Origin: Deltaproteobacteria bacterium
GTDB taxonomy: Bacteria; Desulfobacterota; Deferrimicrobia; Deferrimicrobiales; Deferrimicrobiaceae
Assembly: GCA_037441465.1 (NCBI GenBank)
Contig: JBBISC010000005.1
Location: 1 to 40,982 of the forward strand
DNA length: 40,982 nucleotides
Reading direction: 5' to 3'
Shown here: piece after piece, positions 40,622 to 40,982 of the stretch
Layout: every line of letters begins with the position of its first letter
Numbering within the stretch: position 1 is the stretch's first letter
Program-made: the position numbers and the translations under genes
The notes under the pieces: generated by a model
Database searches by the model: none
Told to the model about the DNA's origin: nothing
What the model saw: only the letters and a program-made list of their open reading frames with translations

Positions 40622-40982
40622 GTGCGGACCATCGAGGTCGCGTTTCAGGTGAAGCTGAGGGAGTATACCACCGTCGGGATCGGGGGCGCCGCCGATCGGA
40701 TGGTGTTTCCCCGGTCGGCGGCACAGGTGCGGGAGGTCGTCGTGGCCGAAGCCCGCGCAGGGCGTCCCGTACAGGTCCTCGGTGCGGGATCCAACCTCCT
40801 GGTGGCGGACGGCGGCGTGTCGGCCACCGTGCTGTGCACGAAGAAGCACCTCTCCAAGGTGGTGTTCCTCTCCGACGGATCGGTGGTCGCCGAGGCGGGA
40901 GTGATGCTACCCCGCCTGTCCGTGCTCTGTGCCCTGTCCGGACTTTCGGGGATGGAGCCGCTCTCCGGGATCCCGGGAACGA
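40622..40982 (+). CDS. murB: UDP-N-acetylenolpyruvoylglucosamine reductase, 5' partial (runs off the window)
   Basis: Hand translation from GTG 40622 gives VRTIEVAFQVKLREYTTVGIGGAADRMVFP...LGAGSNLLVADGG...GMEPLSGIPGT, the FAD-binding N-terminal domain of MurB. It is absent from the track because no stop codon falls in the window. Confidence 0.9.
   Translation, partial: MRTIEVAFQVKLREYTTVGIGGAADRMVFPRSAAQVREVVVAEARAGRPVQVLGAGSNLLVADGGVSATVLCTKKHLSKVVFLSDGSVVAEAGVMLPRLSVLCALSGLSGMEPLSGIPGT

Overview
This is a high-GC bacterial chromosomal window made up almost entirely of core housekeeping genes, nearly all on the + strand. In order the genes are: ahcY; lptG and lptF (- strand); ribF; an HtrA/DegP-type lipoprotein protease; a small unknown ORF; rluD; pgeF; rho; rpmE; thyX; a DUF1385 gene; prfA; prmC; murA; hisD-B-H-A-F; hisI; a HIT protein; the rpsU-yqeY-dnaG-rpoD operon; a tRNA with anticodon CAT; a Nif3-like gene, a zinc-ribbon gene and an RNase H gene; RNase P RNA (rnpB); and the dcw cluster mraZ-rsmH-ftsL-ftsI-murE-murF-mraY-murD-ftsW-murG-murC with a partial murB. 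From memory, the rho-rpmE-thyX-DUF1385-prfA-prmC-murA-his order resembles Geobacter-type Desulfuromonadota, but I cannot verify that here. I found no defense island, prophage, toxin-antitoxin pair, CRISPR-cas locus or other accessory gene cluster, and I do not claim a novel protein system. Two things are not explained by ordinary annotation. (1) A dense family of modular intergenic repeats, which I label V/W, X, Y and Z, fills at least five intergenic gaps. Three copies start exactly at the TA of a stop codon, and one 79-nt segment is perfectly duplicated 6.5 kb apart. One copy sits inside the his operon. (2) prmC has an internal frameshift or deletion that puts it in frame with murA, and murA has no ATG or GTG at its homologous N-terminus. 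Smaller observations are listed as findings. The many long antisense or out-of-frame ORFs in the track are high-GC artefacts.
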